Assembly (NCBI GenBank): GCA_963693095.2
Contig: OY843768.1
Span: forward strand, 480,001-544,000
Origin: Cenarchaeum sp.
Lineage (GTDB): Archaea > Thermoproteota > Nitrososphaeria > Nitrososphaerales > Nitrosopumilaceae
Length of the DNA: 64,000 bases
Direction: 5' to 3'
The notes beneath the pieces were generated by a model, which was not told where the DNA came from, made no database searches, and was given only the letters and a program-made list of their open reading frames with translations. A program made the translations under genes and the position numbers. This document shows positions 1 through 9,462 of this stretch, piece by piece; position 1 is the first letter of the stretch, and every line of letters starts with the position of its first letter.

Positions 1-1
1 C

Positions 2-1153
2 AGGTGGGACTCTAAGAAAAGTAACCTGGAGTCTCGGATGGCTAGCCTGACTGAAGCGTGGGATCTCTCCAAAGTCAACGATCCTCCGTTTAAACAGGCA
101 AGCTCGTGTGTTGTGTTTGGAACAAAAGAAAAAACCCCCTCTGCACTGACAGAAAGCAACATGAAAATTTTCCAAAACCATGACGACAAAAAAATTCTAC
201 GGACCATGCGCTGGCCTGCAGTAAAGCTAGCCCTTGACATGCACAAACCACGAATCTGGCACACGGCCTCTAGTGAGTATTCTGGAGCTTTTCGCAACGG
301 TGCCACGATCTTTCCCCAAACGCTCATTGTGTGCGATGGGGACGAAACACACGTTCGCAACAAGTACACTATATTCAAAACACGCTCCTCAAAAGGCGCC
401 TGGCAAAACCTTGTGCAGGAGGGCAAGGTCGAAAACTCCTTTATCTACATGGGGGTGTTCTCAAAAAATGTCATTCCGTTTGGCATTGCAGGCTTTGAAC
501 GCGTTGTTGCCCCTGACATTGTGGATCGCAAATTACGGACAAATGCCCTTCCGCCGGGGAAAGACGCATCACTATTTCGCAATTTTTGGACACTGGCCGA
601 GCTGCTCTATTCTGAGCACAAGCCTGCCTCTGCCCCTGAAACACTTGCCGAACAGCTCGACTATAGCGGAAAATTCTCATCACAGTTTTCTCTGCGCGCT
701 CATGTCCATAAGGTGATCTACAACAAAAGCGGCTCAATTCTGCAATCCGCTGTAATTCCGGCCACTGATGCCCAGGCGCCGATTGTGGTGGATGGGACTA
801 ACTATTGGTACTCGTCAAGGAGCCTTGATGAATTGCATTATCTGTGCGCAATTTTCAATTCTACGCATTTGCAAAAGTTTTTCTCTGAGGCATGCAGGAT
901 GTCGGATCGTGATTTTCACACAGGTCCTGTCGAAAACCTCCCAATGCCCAAGTTTGATTCCAAAAACAAGCTTCATAAAAAATTAGCTGCCCTTTCTCGA
1001 TCAACTCACAGGCGTGTGGAATCTCTGCTAAAAAATAACCTCGATGGACTGGGCTACCATGATGTTGTATCGGACAAAAAGGTGGCCACTAGCATGACTT
1101 TAATCAACAATATCGTGGACAAGTTATTTCCAAAACAGTCTCTTGCGCCATGA
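2..1153 (+). CDS. C-terminal part of a probable type IIG restriction-modification / N6-adenine DNA methyltransferase fusion (5'-partial)
   Basis: Frame is open from the window start (no stop upstream of the ATG at 38). The C-terminal region ('KVIYNKSGS..LQSAV', 'ELHYLCAIFNS', 'ENLPMPKFD') resembles target-recognition regions of Eco57I-like RM proteins. Markedly lower GC than the neighbours. Catalytic motifs lie outside the window. Confidence 0.55.
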   Translation, partial: RWDSKKSNLESRMASLTEAWDLSKVNDPPFKQASSCVVFGTKEKTPSALTESNMKIFQNHDDKKILRTMRWPAVKLALDMHKPRIWHTASSEYSGAFRNGATIFPQTLIVCDGDETHVRNKYTIFKTRSSKGAWQNLVQEGKVENSFIYMGVFSKNVIPFGIAGFERVVAPDIVDRKLRTNALPPGKDASLFRNFWTLAELLYSEHKPASAPETLAEQLDYSGKFSSQFSLRAHVHKVIYNKSGSILQSAVIPATDAQAPIVVDGTNYWYSSRSLDELHYLCAIFNSTHLQKFFSEACRMSDRDFHTGPVENLPMPKFDSKNKLHKKLAALSRSTHRRVESLLKNNLDGLGYHDVVSDKKVATSMTLINNIVDKLFPKQSLAP

Positions 1154-1290
1154 CCGGCTCACACGTGTGGGGGCGCTGCCTTCACATTTGGGTTGTCATT
1201 AATGCGTCAATTCACAGAGTCGTGTGCTGTGAGTTCGTGCCGTACGCCCGCACAGGTTAATACTCGGTGTCCTGTGCGCGCATGCCGGGA

Positions 1291-1710
1291 ATGGGATACC
1301 GGTATGTTGACCATGTGACTGATGTCATCGTGGAAGTCGATGCGGCTAGCATTGATGACGCGTTTGCAGAGGCCGCTCACGCCGTGGCCGACATTACGCT
1401 AAACCAGTCCAGCGTTGCCGAGCGCGAGACGCGACCCATTGCAGCAGGTGGGCCGAACATGCACCACGCGCTCCTTGACTGGCTAGAGGCGGCAAACCTT
1501 GTGATGATAACTGACGGGTTTGCGGTGCGAAGGTTTGAGGCGCGCGTCTCGGGGAACGGCCCCTGTGTGGTGCGCGGCATTGCGCACGGTGAGCCACTGG
1601 ACATTCAAAGGCACGGGTTCCGTGTCGAGGTAAAGGCCCCGACATTTCACATGATGGACATTACCGAGTCGCCGGATCGCGTGTCACTGCGGTTTCTGCT
1701 TGATCTGTGA
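1291..1710 (+). CDS. Archease (RtcB tRNA-ligase cofactor)
   Basis: N-terminal 'YRYVDHVTDVIVEV' and C-terminal 'EVKAPTFH...LLDL' archease signatures. TATA-like TTAATA at ~1257-1262. Start could alternatively be 1282. Confidence 0.9.
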   Translation: MGYRYVDHVTDVIVEVDAASIDDAFAEAAHAVADITLNQSSVAERETRPIAAGGPNMHHALLDWLEAANLVMITDGFAVRRFEARVSGNGPCVVRGIAHGEPLDIQRHGFRVEVKAPTFHMMDITESPDRVSLRFLLDL

Positions 1711-1747
1711 CGCGCGTGCCCGTTTCTGTGCATGGGTTTTGCGGACG

Positions 1748-3244
1748 TCACTCTTTCTCTAGTGTGCGCTCCACCTGCACATCCCTATTGTATGCCATCT
1801 CGGTGACTTTTATGAACTCGTCTTGGGATATGCCCGTATCTGGGGAATGTTTGACTTTTACAATTTCATGGCCTCCACTGGGGCATTTTTTAAACATGTA
1901 TGGCGCCACATTGGCGTCGTCAATATGATCGGTTGCGCCGTCACAGTGCTTTTTCCTCTGCTCGTCTGTAAGTTGGCTCATTTTCACCAGCAGGCTTAGC
2001 TGTTCCAAAATGAACGGACTGTGGGTGCTTAGGAGCACATTGGCCTCTCTTTTCCTAATGTGCCTAACTATGTGGTTTGCCACCTTGATCTGGTTTGCGG
2101 GGTGGAGGTGCGCCTCGGGCTCCTCTATGATGAGCGTGTCTCCCTGCTGGGAGTAATCCTGGAAAAATGTGGGAAACGTGGCCATCTCGGCAATTCCTGA
2201 TGATGCCCTGTGCATCGGAATGTCCACGTTTTTGTCCCTGTACATCATGCTTGGCAATCCGACCTTTGGCTCTTTTACGACTACCTGGCCGCCGAACATG
2301 TCCCCTATCATCGGCTTGCCGTTCTTTTGAACCTGATCATGGCCTCGCTCGGTCATGTTAATCAATGCTGTTATGAAGTCATAGGACACTCCGGTGAGCT
2401 GCTCTACTTGTGACTGCGCACGCCCTGTATGGGAGGCGCCATTCATGATGCCTAATGTTACTGTCTTGTGTGCGGCTAGTATGCCAGAGCGCACTGCGGG
2501 CACATAGTGCGAGTCGGCGATCTCGCCTGTGACGTCCTGCATCACTCGCATCACTGACATGCCTAGAACGCGCAGTCCTAAATCCTGCCCCTCTAGCAGC
2601 CCTGCCAACATGCGCCCCCTGTGGTCATTCATCCCCTCCTCGCCGCCTGCAATGTTCCTGGGAGCGCCTCTCCAAATCCAGTTCATGGGGATCTCTCCTG
2701 CGTGATTTCCTATGACAAGTCGTGCGTCTTTTCTGGTTGCACTTATGGTGGTGCTGCCATCCATGGATATGCGCAACTCGACCCCGCCACGGCACATTAT
2801 TTTTATTTTGGCTGCCTTGCACCCTGTCCTCACAAGTTCGCCCAAATTGGATCCAAACACGTTCTGTATGCTGTCGTGCAATGTTTGGCGAAAGTGCTCT
2901 AGTGCCATGCGCTGCACGTCCCTTGCGCATTTAGTGGGAATCACGATGTCCTCTTTGCCAGATTTTTCTGCAATCTGGCCTATGGTTGCCAGAGTGGCCT
3001 GCAATTCAGGATCCGTGGCTTGGGTCTTGATCCATGCGCCAAGCGTCATGGGATTGACGCTATCCCTGTATGACGACAGTATAGAGTGCGCAAGCATTGC
3101 CGCGTATGTCTTGCCCGAGTTGTTGGGCCCGACGAACACAGTCAGCGGCTTTATCTTGAACCTGCCTTTGGCTATTGGCCCAAAATTGGTCACTTCCACG
3201 TCTAGCAGCACTCTTGTGCGATTCGTCGCTGCCTCTTGGCTCAC
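1748..3244 (-). CDS. ABC-type/AAA_21-like ATPase (OLD/PARIS-type ATPase family), standalone
   Basis: 'VEVTNFGPI', Walker A GPNNSGKT, signature-like 'ASSG', Walker B/D-loop 'LIIEEPEAHLHP', H-loop 'STHS'. GTG start at 3244 chosen from a TATA-like element at ~3264-3270. Confidence 0.85.
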   Translation of the reverse strand: MSQEAATNRTRVLLDVEVTNFGPIAKGRFKIKPLTVFVGPNNSGKTYAAMLAHSILSSYRDSVNPMTLGAWIKTQATDPELQATLATIGQIAEKSGKEDIVIPTKCARDVQRMALEHFRQTLHDSIQNVFGSNLGELVRTGCKAAKIKIMCRGGVELRISMDGSTTISATRKDARLVIGNHAGEIPMNWIWRGAPRNIAGGEEGMNDHRGRMLAGLLEGQDLGLRVLGMSVMRVMQDVTGEIADSHYVPAVRSGILAAHKTVTLGIMNGASHTGRAQSQVEQLTGVSYDFITALINMTERGHDQVQKNGKPMIGDMFGGQVVVKEPKVGLPSMMYRDKNVDIPMHRASSGIAEMATFPTFFQDYSQQGDTLIIEEPEAHLHPANQIKVANHIVRHIRKREANVLLSTHSPFILEQLSLLVKMSQLTDEQRKKHCDGATDHIDDANVAPYMFKKCPSGGHEIVKVKHSPDTGISQDEFIKVTEMAYNRDVQVERTLEKE

Positions 3245-3436
3245 GGGGCTGGCACGTCCTGTGGGATATATGTGGCTTTGACTGACGCACGGCCCTATTT
3301 CGCGCATTTGTGGGCATTTGTCCTGCCCGCTGCATGTCACGCCCGCTGCCCGCACGCGCATCACCCCCTCGCGCCAACGTGCGCGCCTGCCACCCCCTGC
3401 TCAACTTATACGCCGGCGCCCCTTGAGCCCCCCGCG

Positions 3437-4153
3437 TTGACGACGCTCTTTCTTGACATCGAGACGGTGCCGGATCTTGATGCGGCCAGGTACAACGAGC
3501 TACGGGCGATGGTCGAGGCCGGCACCCTCTCACCTGATGTCGATCGCCTCGCATACTGGAAGTTCAAGAAAGCCGCGCTCTCGCCCATTGACGGGCGCGT
3601 CATGCTCATCACGTACAAGGTTAATAGCGCACACACGCACCACCTAAAAGAGTGGGAGGACGGCGAGAAAAAGATACTCGCCGACTTGTTTAGGCTGGTC
3701 TTTGACCTGCAGCGTGGGCTTGGCGAGGGCCTGCGCATCGTTGGCCACAATATCATGAAGTTTGACATTAACTTTCTCTATGAGCGAATGCGCCACCACG
3801 AGATAGCCGAGCCCGGAATCCTCTACACAAGGATGATCCGCCAGCCCCTAGTTGCGGACTTTTTGCAGATGCACCTGCCGCTCAATGACATGAACGGCAA
3901 GGGCCTAAAGCACGACGTTTTGGCGCACGCGTACGGCCTGCCGACAAAGTCCACGCAGGGCTCAGACGAGACGGCGCACTATTTTGACGCAGACTATGGC
4001 CGGATAATGGAATACTCGGAACGTGAATTTATCTATCCAGACATGTATGCAAAGATATGCTCGGACGGCCTCGTCTCGCGCGAGGCCCTGCAGGAGTCGA
4101 TACGCTGGTATGACTCGCTGCACGAGAATGACGCGCCGCGCACATCACTTTAG
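3437..4153 (+). CDS. DEDD-family 3'-5' exonuclease (PolB-exo/RNase H-like)
   Basis: ExoI 'LFLDIETVPD' and ExoII 'IVGHNIMKFDINFL'. TTG start about 31 nt after TTATA at 3406-3410. Confidence 0.8.
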   Translation: MTTLFLDIETVPDLDAARYNELRAMVEAGTLSPDVDRLAYWKFKKAALSPIDGRVMLITYKVNSAHTHHLKEWEDGEKKILADLFRLVFDLQRGLGEGLRIVGHNIMKFDINFLYERMRHHEIAEPGILYTRMIRQPLVADFLQMHLPLNDMNGKGLKHDVLAHAYGLPTKSTQGSDETAHYFDADYGRIMEYSEREFIYPDMYAKICSDGLVSREALQESIRWYDSLHENDAPRTSL

Positions 4154-4699
4154 CGTGTCGAGTATCGAGAGGCCCATGAGTCCGGTCAGCGTGATGCCCC
4201 TCCTCGTCACGTCGCGCCGCGTCTTTTCACAGTACTTGTTGATGCCCTGGTGGCCACCAGAGACCTCTAGGACCATGATACTGTCGCTGAACGGGAACTC
4301 TAGGCGCGGCGGCACTCCGTAATAGCCCATGTGCGCGTGCGCCGCGCTCCCCACCCTGTCGCTCTTGCCGACAATGCGCGCAATCTCGCCCATTGCGTTT
4401 GCCGTGTCGCCATACTCTGTATAGTATATAGAGACAAAGTTCCTCTCGCCCTCTGTCTCGCGCTCAAAGAGGCTCTCATCGACGCCAAAGACAAAGGACG
4501 CGCTTGCGCACTCCCTTGCGGCGACCTCCCTGCCGGCCTCTGCGCAGTCACTGACCTTTGCGAGGAGATAGTGGTTGGCGCGCGGCGCAAAGTAGAGCTT
4601 GCCGTCATCCGAGAACGTCGCTGTCACAAAGTGCATCTCGCGCACATTGGGCGAGCCGGCCCATGCCTCCTTTAGCTCGACAGAACCGTGGTCATGCAT
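4145..4699 (-). CDS. Hypothetical protein (~184 aa)
   Basis: Globular-looking composition from 'MHDHGSVELKEAW' onward, host-like codon usage, 3' end overlaps the convergent exonuclease. The ORF-track extension to 4861 overlaps the tRNA and its promoter. Confidence 0.7.
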   Translation of the reverse strand: MHDHGSVELKEAWAGSPNVREMHFVTATFSDDGKLYFAPRANHYLLAKVSDCAEAGREVAARECASASFVFGVDESLFERETEGERNFVSIYYTEYGDTANAMGEIARIVGKSDRVGSAAHAHMGYYGVPPRLEFPFSDSIMVLEVSGGHQGINKYCEKTRRDVTRRGITLTGLMGLSILDTLK

Positions 4700-4823
4700 G
4701 TACGGCGTGCATACGTACCCGCTTGTGCCCTGGGCGTGCCCTCCCACGGCGTGCGCAGGCGCGTCGGCGTATTTATGACTTGCCGGTGATCGCAGGGTTT
4801 CTCGGCGTGGGGTTCGGCGATAG

Positions 4824-4831
4824 TTATTTAA
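4824..4831 (+). promoter_or_regulatory. TATA box of tRNA-Tyr
   Basis: TTATTTAA 26-33 nt upstream of the tRNA 5' end. Confidence 0.65.
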
Positions 4832-4856
4832 CGCCGCGCCCTGCGGCGAGTGCCGT

Positions 4857-4977
4857 CCCAAGCTAGCTCAGCCTGGTAGAGCTCCCGGCTGTAGTTGCCG
4901 GCTTTGGGCTGGCGAAATGGCAGCATACTAGGCAGACAGAAACCGGGTTGTCGCAGGTTCAATTCCTGCGCTTGGGA
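4857..4977 (+). tRNA. tRNA-Tyr(GTA) with 47-nt intron at position 37/38 (4895-4941)
   Basis: Acceptor stem CCCAAGC/GCTTGGG plus A73, D arm GCTCAGCCTGGTAGAGC, anticodon stem CCCGG/CCGGG with GTA at 4891-4893, T arm GCAGGTTCAATTCCTGC. BHB with central helix CTGT/ACAG and bulges AGT and AAA. CCA is not encoded. Confidence 0.96.
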
Positions 4978-5023
4978 CACCATCCTTGTCGCGTGCGTGC
5001 GCCCTGCGCGCATGGCCCCTGCG

Positions 5024-6076
5024 CTAGGGGTTGATGACTGCCCTGCCGACTATCTTTCTTGCCTTTAGGTCAGAGAGTGCGGTGTTTGCGTCATCTAGGG
5101 AGTAGCGCCTCGAGACCATCGGCTTTATCGCGCCGCTCCTCGCAAGGCCGATGAGCTCGACCATGTCGTCATACGTTCCGGTGTATGCCCCCTGTATCGT
5201 TATTGCCCTGAGCGGGATGCTGACGAGCGTCAGGGGCAGGATGCCGCCAAAGAGGCCGACCATGACGATGTTGCCCCGCTTTCTGACGACCTCTAGGGCG
5301 AGTCCGGCAGTCGGCGGCGCGTTGACAAAGTCAATGACGCTCTCGGCGCCCGTCCCGCCGCACGCGTCGATGACCCTCTGCGCCACGCCCTCGCCGCTCG
5401 AGTTGACGGTGTGCGCGGCCCCCATCTCCCTGGCCGTCTCTAGCTTTGTGTCATCGAGGTCAACGCAGACAATGTTTGCCTCTGTGATCGCGTGCGCGAT
5501 CTGGACGCCCATGAGGCCCAGGCCGCCGGCGCCGATAATGACAATGTTCTTTGGTTTTGATTCTGCGGCCCTCTTTACTGCAGTGTATGCCGTGAGGCCA
5601 GAGCACGCAAGCGATGTCGCCTCGTCCATGCCCACGCCGTCGATCCTTGCGAGGTACTTTTGGCTAGGAACCGTCATCGTCTCGGCATACCCGCCGTCCT
5701 GGAATATGCCCATCGACCTTGGCGCGTCGCAGACGTTCTCCATGCCCTTTTCGCATGCAGGGCACGAGCCGCATCCCGCCCACGGGTACACGAGAACCTC
5801 GTCTCCTATCGCAAACCCGCCGGCCCCCTCGCCGAGCTCCTCTACGGTGCCGGCGACCTCGTGGCCGGGCGTGACCGGAAAGCTCACCCCCCTGTCAGTC
5901 ACCTTTAGGACCTTGCCGTCGCCCATGTCGTACCCCCCCTCCCAGAGGTGCAGGTCACTGTGGCACACGCCCGTGGCGCGCACGCGGATGCGGATCTCGC
6001 CTGCCTGCACGCTGCGATCAGGCGTCTCGGCGATCTCTAGTGGACGGCCCGCGGCGATGATTCTTGCGGCCTTCAT
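5024..6076 (-). CDS. adh: Zn-dependent alcohol dehydrogenase (MDR family)
   Basis: 'GVCHSDLH', 'PGHE', structural Zn motif CxxCxxCx7C, Rossmann 'GAGGLG'. Confidence 0.93.
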   Translation of the reverse strand: MKAARIIAAGRPLEIAETPDRSVQAGEIRIRVRATGVCHSDLHLWEGGYDMGDGKVLKVTDRGVSFPVTPGHEVAGTVEELGEGAGGFAIGDEVLVYPWAGCGSCPACEKGMENVCDAPRSMGIFQDGGYAETMTVPSQKYLARIDGVGMDEATSLACSGLTAYTAVKRAAESKPKNIVIIGAGGLGLMGVQIAHAITEANIVCVDLDDTKLETAREMGAAHTVNSSGEGVAQRVIDACGGTGAESVIDFVNAPPTAGLALEVVRKRGNIVMVGLFGGILPLTLVSIPLRAITIQGAYTGTYDDMVELIGLARSGAIKPMVSRRYSLDDANTALSDLKARKIVGRAVINP

Positions 6077-6174
6077 TGGGTGCCGCTCCTGGGCCTAACA
6101 ATATAAGAGTTGACTGGCCAAGGCAAAAAAGTAGAGCGCACCGTAATTATCTGGGATTTGCGCGCCACTGCGCC

Positions 6175-6852
6175 ATGGAGGAGGCAGTTGCGCGCAAGGA
6201 TCTCTCCGAGGAGCCGGTAAGCATACTCTTCAATCCTGCCTCGCTGAGCAAAAAGAACGTCTGGGACGTCGATATAGTGGCCATCCTGGACATTCTCGTG
6301 GCGATCCTCGAAAAGTCCGGCAAGAAGGACCTTCGGGTCGCCGGCATGGCGGCCCTCACGTCCTCGCTCATATACCGCCTAAAGGTCGAGAGCATATTCG
6401 CGCTCCACAGGGAGGCTGACAGGGTCGCCCCACGGCAGCGGCGCGACGTCGACATTCAGATGATCGGCGTCCCGTACCGCCACGAGTCGACATCGCCCGT
6501 CTCCCTTGATGACCTCCTTGGCCTCCTTGAGAGCCTCATCATGACTATTGCCAACCCGCGCGAGCGCCGGCGCAGCAAGCTACTCGAGCCGGCCGAGCCG
6601 CCGGACTTTGAGGACTATTTCGTCTCGATTGAGAGCATAATCGGCAAGTACGAGGATCTCCTTGTGCGCAAGGCCGGCCCGAGCGGGACTGCGCTTTTGG
6701 GGGATATCGTCTCTGGCCTTGAGCTCATCGACCGCATACGCTGCTTTTTTGCCGCGCTGTTTCTTGCTCGTGACGCGCGCGCCGAGCTCGAGCAGGAGGG
6801 CGATGACATTCGCATAACGCTCGTCGGCGAGGCGCAGCAGACGGGGGCATAG
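6175..6852 (+). CDS. scpA: Segregation/condensation protein A (kleisin)
   Basis: 'VWDVDIVAIL', 'AGMAALTSSLIYRLKVESI', C-terminal 'FFAALFLARD..AELEQ' kleisin pattern. Directly upstream of scpB. Confidence 0.85.
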   Translation: MEEAVARKDLSEEPVSILFNPASLSKKNVWDVDIVAILDILVAILEKSGKKDLRVAGMAALTSSLIYRLKVESIFALHREADRVAPRQRRDVDIQMIGVPYRHESTSPVSLDDLLGLLESLIMTIANPRERRRSKLLEPAEPPDFEDYFVSIESIIGKYEDLLVRKAGPSGTALLGDIVSGLELIDRIRCFFAALFLARDARAELEQEGDDIRITLVGEAQQTGA

Positions 6853-6859
6853 CCGGCAC

Positions 6860-7402
6860 ATGACAAAGGTTGACAGCACGCGCGAGGCGACGGCCAGGGT
6901 CGAGGCCGCACTCTACTCCTCTGGCCGGCCGATGCGAATAGAGGAGCTCATTCGCGCATCTGGGACAGAGTCGCGCCCGCGCACGCTTGCCATTCTAGAG
7001 TCGATAATAAAGCGCGCACGCGCGGCCTTTTGCGCGATCGAGGTGATCAGGCAGCCTGACGGCTCGTACGTGCTGCAGCTAAAGCCCGAGTATAGCGGCA
7101 CGATCCGCCGCTATGCGTCAAAGCCGATTCTCCCAAACTCGACGCTAAAGACGCTCTCTTATATCGTCTATGCGCAGCCAGTCTCGTCGAAGGACCTCGT
7201 CGAGGTTCGCGGGACCGGCGTGTACTCGCACCTAAAGGAGCTGCGCCAGCTCGACTTTGTGCGCCACGAGTCTGTCGGCCGCACAAAGATATTCTCGACG
7301 ACAGTAAAGTTCCAAAAGTACTTTGGCGTGTCAGGTGATGACCTAAAGGCCCAGATATTCTCGAGCAAAAAGGCAAGGGGTCGCGCAGTGGCCGCCACCT
7401 AG
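6860..7402 (+). CDS. scpB: Segregation/condensation protein B
   Basis: 'VEAALYSSGRP', 'LKTLSYIVYAQPVS', 'VRG', 'TTVKFQKYFG' ScpB motifs. Confidence 0.92.
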   Translation: MTKVDSTREATARVEAALYSSGRPMRIEELIRASGTESRPRTLAILESIIKRARAAFCAIEVIRQPDGSYVLQLKPEYSGTIRRYASKPILPNSTLKTLSYIVYAQPVSSKDLVEVRGTGVYSHLKELRQLDFVRHESVGRTKIFSTTVKFQKYFGVSGDDLKAQIFSSKKARGRAVAAT

Positions 7403-7628
7403 CGCGCGCAATGCGGGCTCTGCCCCTGGCCGCACGCCTCGCCGGAGCCTATGGTGCTGCGCCTCCTGCCGTGTGCGCCGGGGGCTGGCCTGCGCCGGGG
7501 CGCACCGAGCGGTGCGGTTCCTTTCTGCCCTGCTTCCCTGTGGCGCACACCGTGGACCCTGCTGCGTCTGGCGCGCGACGGTGAGCCATGGCTAACTATT
7601 TTTAAGTGGGCGCGTGCGCTCATCCCGC

Positions 7629-8411
7629 ATGGTCGACGGGCGAGCGCTTCGCATGGGGCGCATCATGCGCAAGGGCAAGATGCTCTGCATTCCGATGGAC
7701 CACGGCATATCCAACGGGCCCATTGCGGGCCTGGAGGACCCACACTCGGTCATATCGGCGTGTGACGGCCATGGCCTCACGTGCGTTATCCTCAACAAGG
7801 GCATCGTGCGCACGATGCCCTCGCCGCCACAGGCGGGCATACTGGTCCACTTTTCGGCTAGCACGTCGCTCTCGCCGTACCCGAACAGAAAGATGATCAC
7901 CGGCACAGTCGAGGAAGCCGTGCGCATCGGCGCTGATGGCGTCTCGCTCCACATCAACGTCGGCGGCAAGGAGGAGCCCGAGATGCTCGAGCAGCTCGGC
8001 ACGGTGGCTGACGCGTGCGACGAGTGGGGCATGCCGCTTCTCGCAATGATGTACCCGCGCGGGGAGAACATTGGCGATCCGCACGACGAGGCGACCGTGG
8101 CCCATGCGGCGCGCATCGGCGCCGAGTGCGGCGCAGACATTGTAAAGACGGTCTATACGGGAGATGCGGACTCGTTTGCGCGCGTTGTGAGGTCCACGCC
8201 GGTTCCCGTCGTTATAGCCGGCGGGCCGCGCGCCGAGACTGACATGGACACGCTGGCAATGACTGCTGACGCAATGCGCGCCGGTGCCGCCGGCGTGACA
8301 TACGGGAGGAACATCTTTGCGCACGCCTCGCCACCACGCATGGTCGAGTCACTCGCTGGCATAATATTTGACGGCAAGTCCGCAGCAGAGGCCGCAGAGG
8401 GACTTGGCTAG
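7629..8411 (+). CDS. aroA': 2-amino-3,7-dideoxy-D-threo-hept-6-ulosonate synthase (class I aldolase, DhnA family)
   Basis: 'IPMDHG', 'AMMYPRG', 'GADIVKT.Y', 'VIAGG', 'GRNIF'. Heads the shikimate operon. TATA-like TTTTTAA at ~7599-7605. Confidence 0.88.
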   Translation: MVDGRALRMGRIMRKGKMLCIPMDHGISNGPIAGLEDPHSVISACDGHGLTCVILNKGIVRTMPSPPQAGILVHFSASTSLSPYPNRKMITGTVEEAVRIGADGVSLHINVGGKEEPEMLEQLGTVADACDEWGMPLLAMMYPRGENIGDPHDEATVAHAARIGAECGADIVKTVYTGDADSFARVVRSTPVPVVIAGGPRAETDMDTLAMTADAMRAGAAGVTYGRNIFAHASPPRMVESLAGIIFDGKSAAEAAEGLG

Positions 8412-9462
8412 CGCGCGCGAGCTAGTCATTGTGCCAAAGGTCGCGCGCTCGCGCCTTGGCGCCTTTGCGCGCGAGGCGATCTCGGCGGGCGCGACGATGG
8501 TCTATGCCGATCCCGCAGCGCTAGGTTCCGCGCGCGTCCCCACAATGCACACGTCACAGTCAGCCGGCCATGTGGTCCTCGAGGGCTCGGCGCGTCCGCG
8601 CCGCGCGCGCGGCAAAAAGGTGGGCCGGCGCTTTAGGATACTCTCAAATGACGACATTGACGGGGTTCTCAAGGCCGCATCGGCCGGACTAGACTTTGTC
8701 ATTGTCGATGTGAGGGACTGGAGGATAATCCCGCTAGAGAACGTTATCGCAAAGCTCCACAAGGCCCACACGCGCATATTTGCCTCAGCGCGCACGCCTG
8801 CCGAGGTCCGCAAGATGTTCTCGATACTCGAGGTCGGAGTTGACGGCGTCATATTCACGGCGTCCTCGATAGGGGCGGTGCGCGAGGCCACGCTGTACCT
8901 GGGCTCCAAAAAGTTCGGCCTCGAGGCGGCCAGGGTGACTGAGGTCCGTGAGGTCGGCGACGGCGAGCGCGTCTGCGTGGACACGGCCTCGATGCTCCAC
9001 AGGGGCGAGGGGATGCTTGTGGGGAGCCAGTCCAACTTTATGTTTCTCGTGCACAACGAGTCAGTCGGCTCGTCGTTCACCTCACCGCGCCCGTTTCGCG
9101 TCAACGCCGGCGCGGTCCACTGCTATACGACGATGCCTGATGGAACGACTAGCTATCTGTCAGAGCTAGAGTCAGGCAGCGAGATACTCGTCATGGGTCG
9201 CGGGGGAAACGCGCGGCGCGCCACAGTCGGGCGCTCAAAGATCGAGCGGCGCCCAATGCTCCTTGTAAAGGCCGAGACGTCCGGCGGCTCTGGCGGGATA
9301 ATAGCGCAGGACGCCGAGACGATACGCTTTGTAAAGCCCGGCGGGAGCCTGGTCTCAGTCACGCACCTAAAGCGCGGTGACTCTGTCATGGTGCACTCTG
9401 CACCTGCGCGCGGGAGGCACTTTGGGATGGAGGTCTCTGACGAGTACATCCTTGAAAAGTGA
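8404..9462 (+). CDS. aroB': 3-dehydroquinate synthase II (archaeal)
   Basis: 'DWRIIPLEN', 'GERVCVDT', 'RPFRVNAGAVH', 'GRHFGM' motifs. TTG start overlaps the upstream stop. Confidence 0.93.
   Translation: MASARELVIVPKVARSRLGAFAREAISAGATMVYADPAALGSARVPTMHTSQSAGHVVLEGSARPRRARGKKVGRRFRILSNDDIDGVLKAASAGLDFVIVDVRDWRIIPLENVIAKLHKAHTRIFASARTPAEVRKMFSILEVGVDGVIFTASSIGAVREATLYLGSKKFGLEAARVTEVREVGDGERVCVDTASMLHRGEGMLVGSQSNFMFLVHNESVGSSFTSPRPFRVNAGAVHCYTTMPDGTTSYLSELESGSEILVMGRGGNARRATVGRSKIERRPMLLVKAETSGGSGGIIAQDAETIRFVKPGGSLVSVTHLKRGDSVMVHSAPARGRHFGMEVSDEYILEK

Noticed and set aside
4700-5013. ORFs 4828-5013 (-) and the 5' extension of 4145-4861 (-)
   Set aside because: They overlap tRNA-Tyr and its promoter, and have non-protein-like composition.
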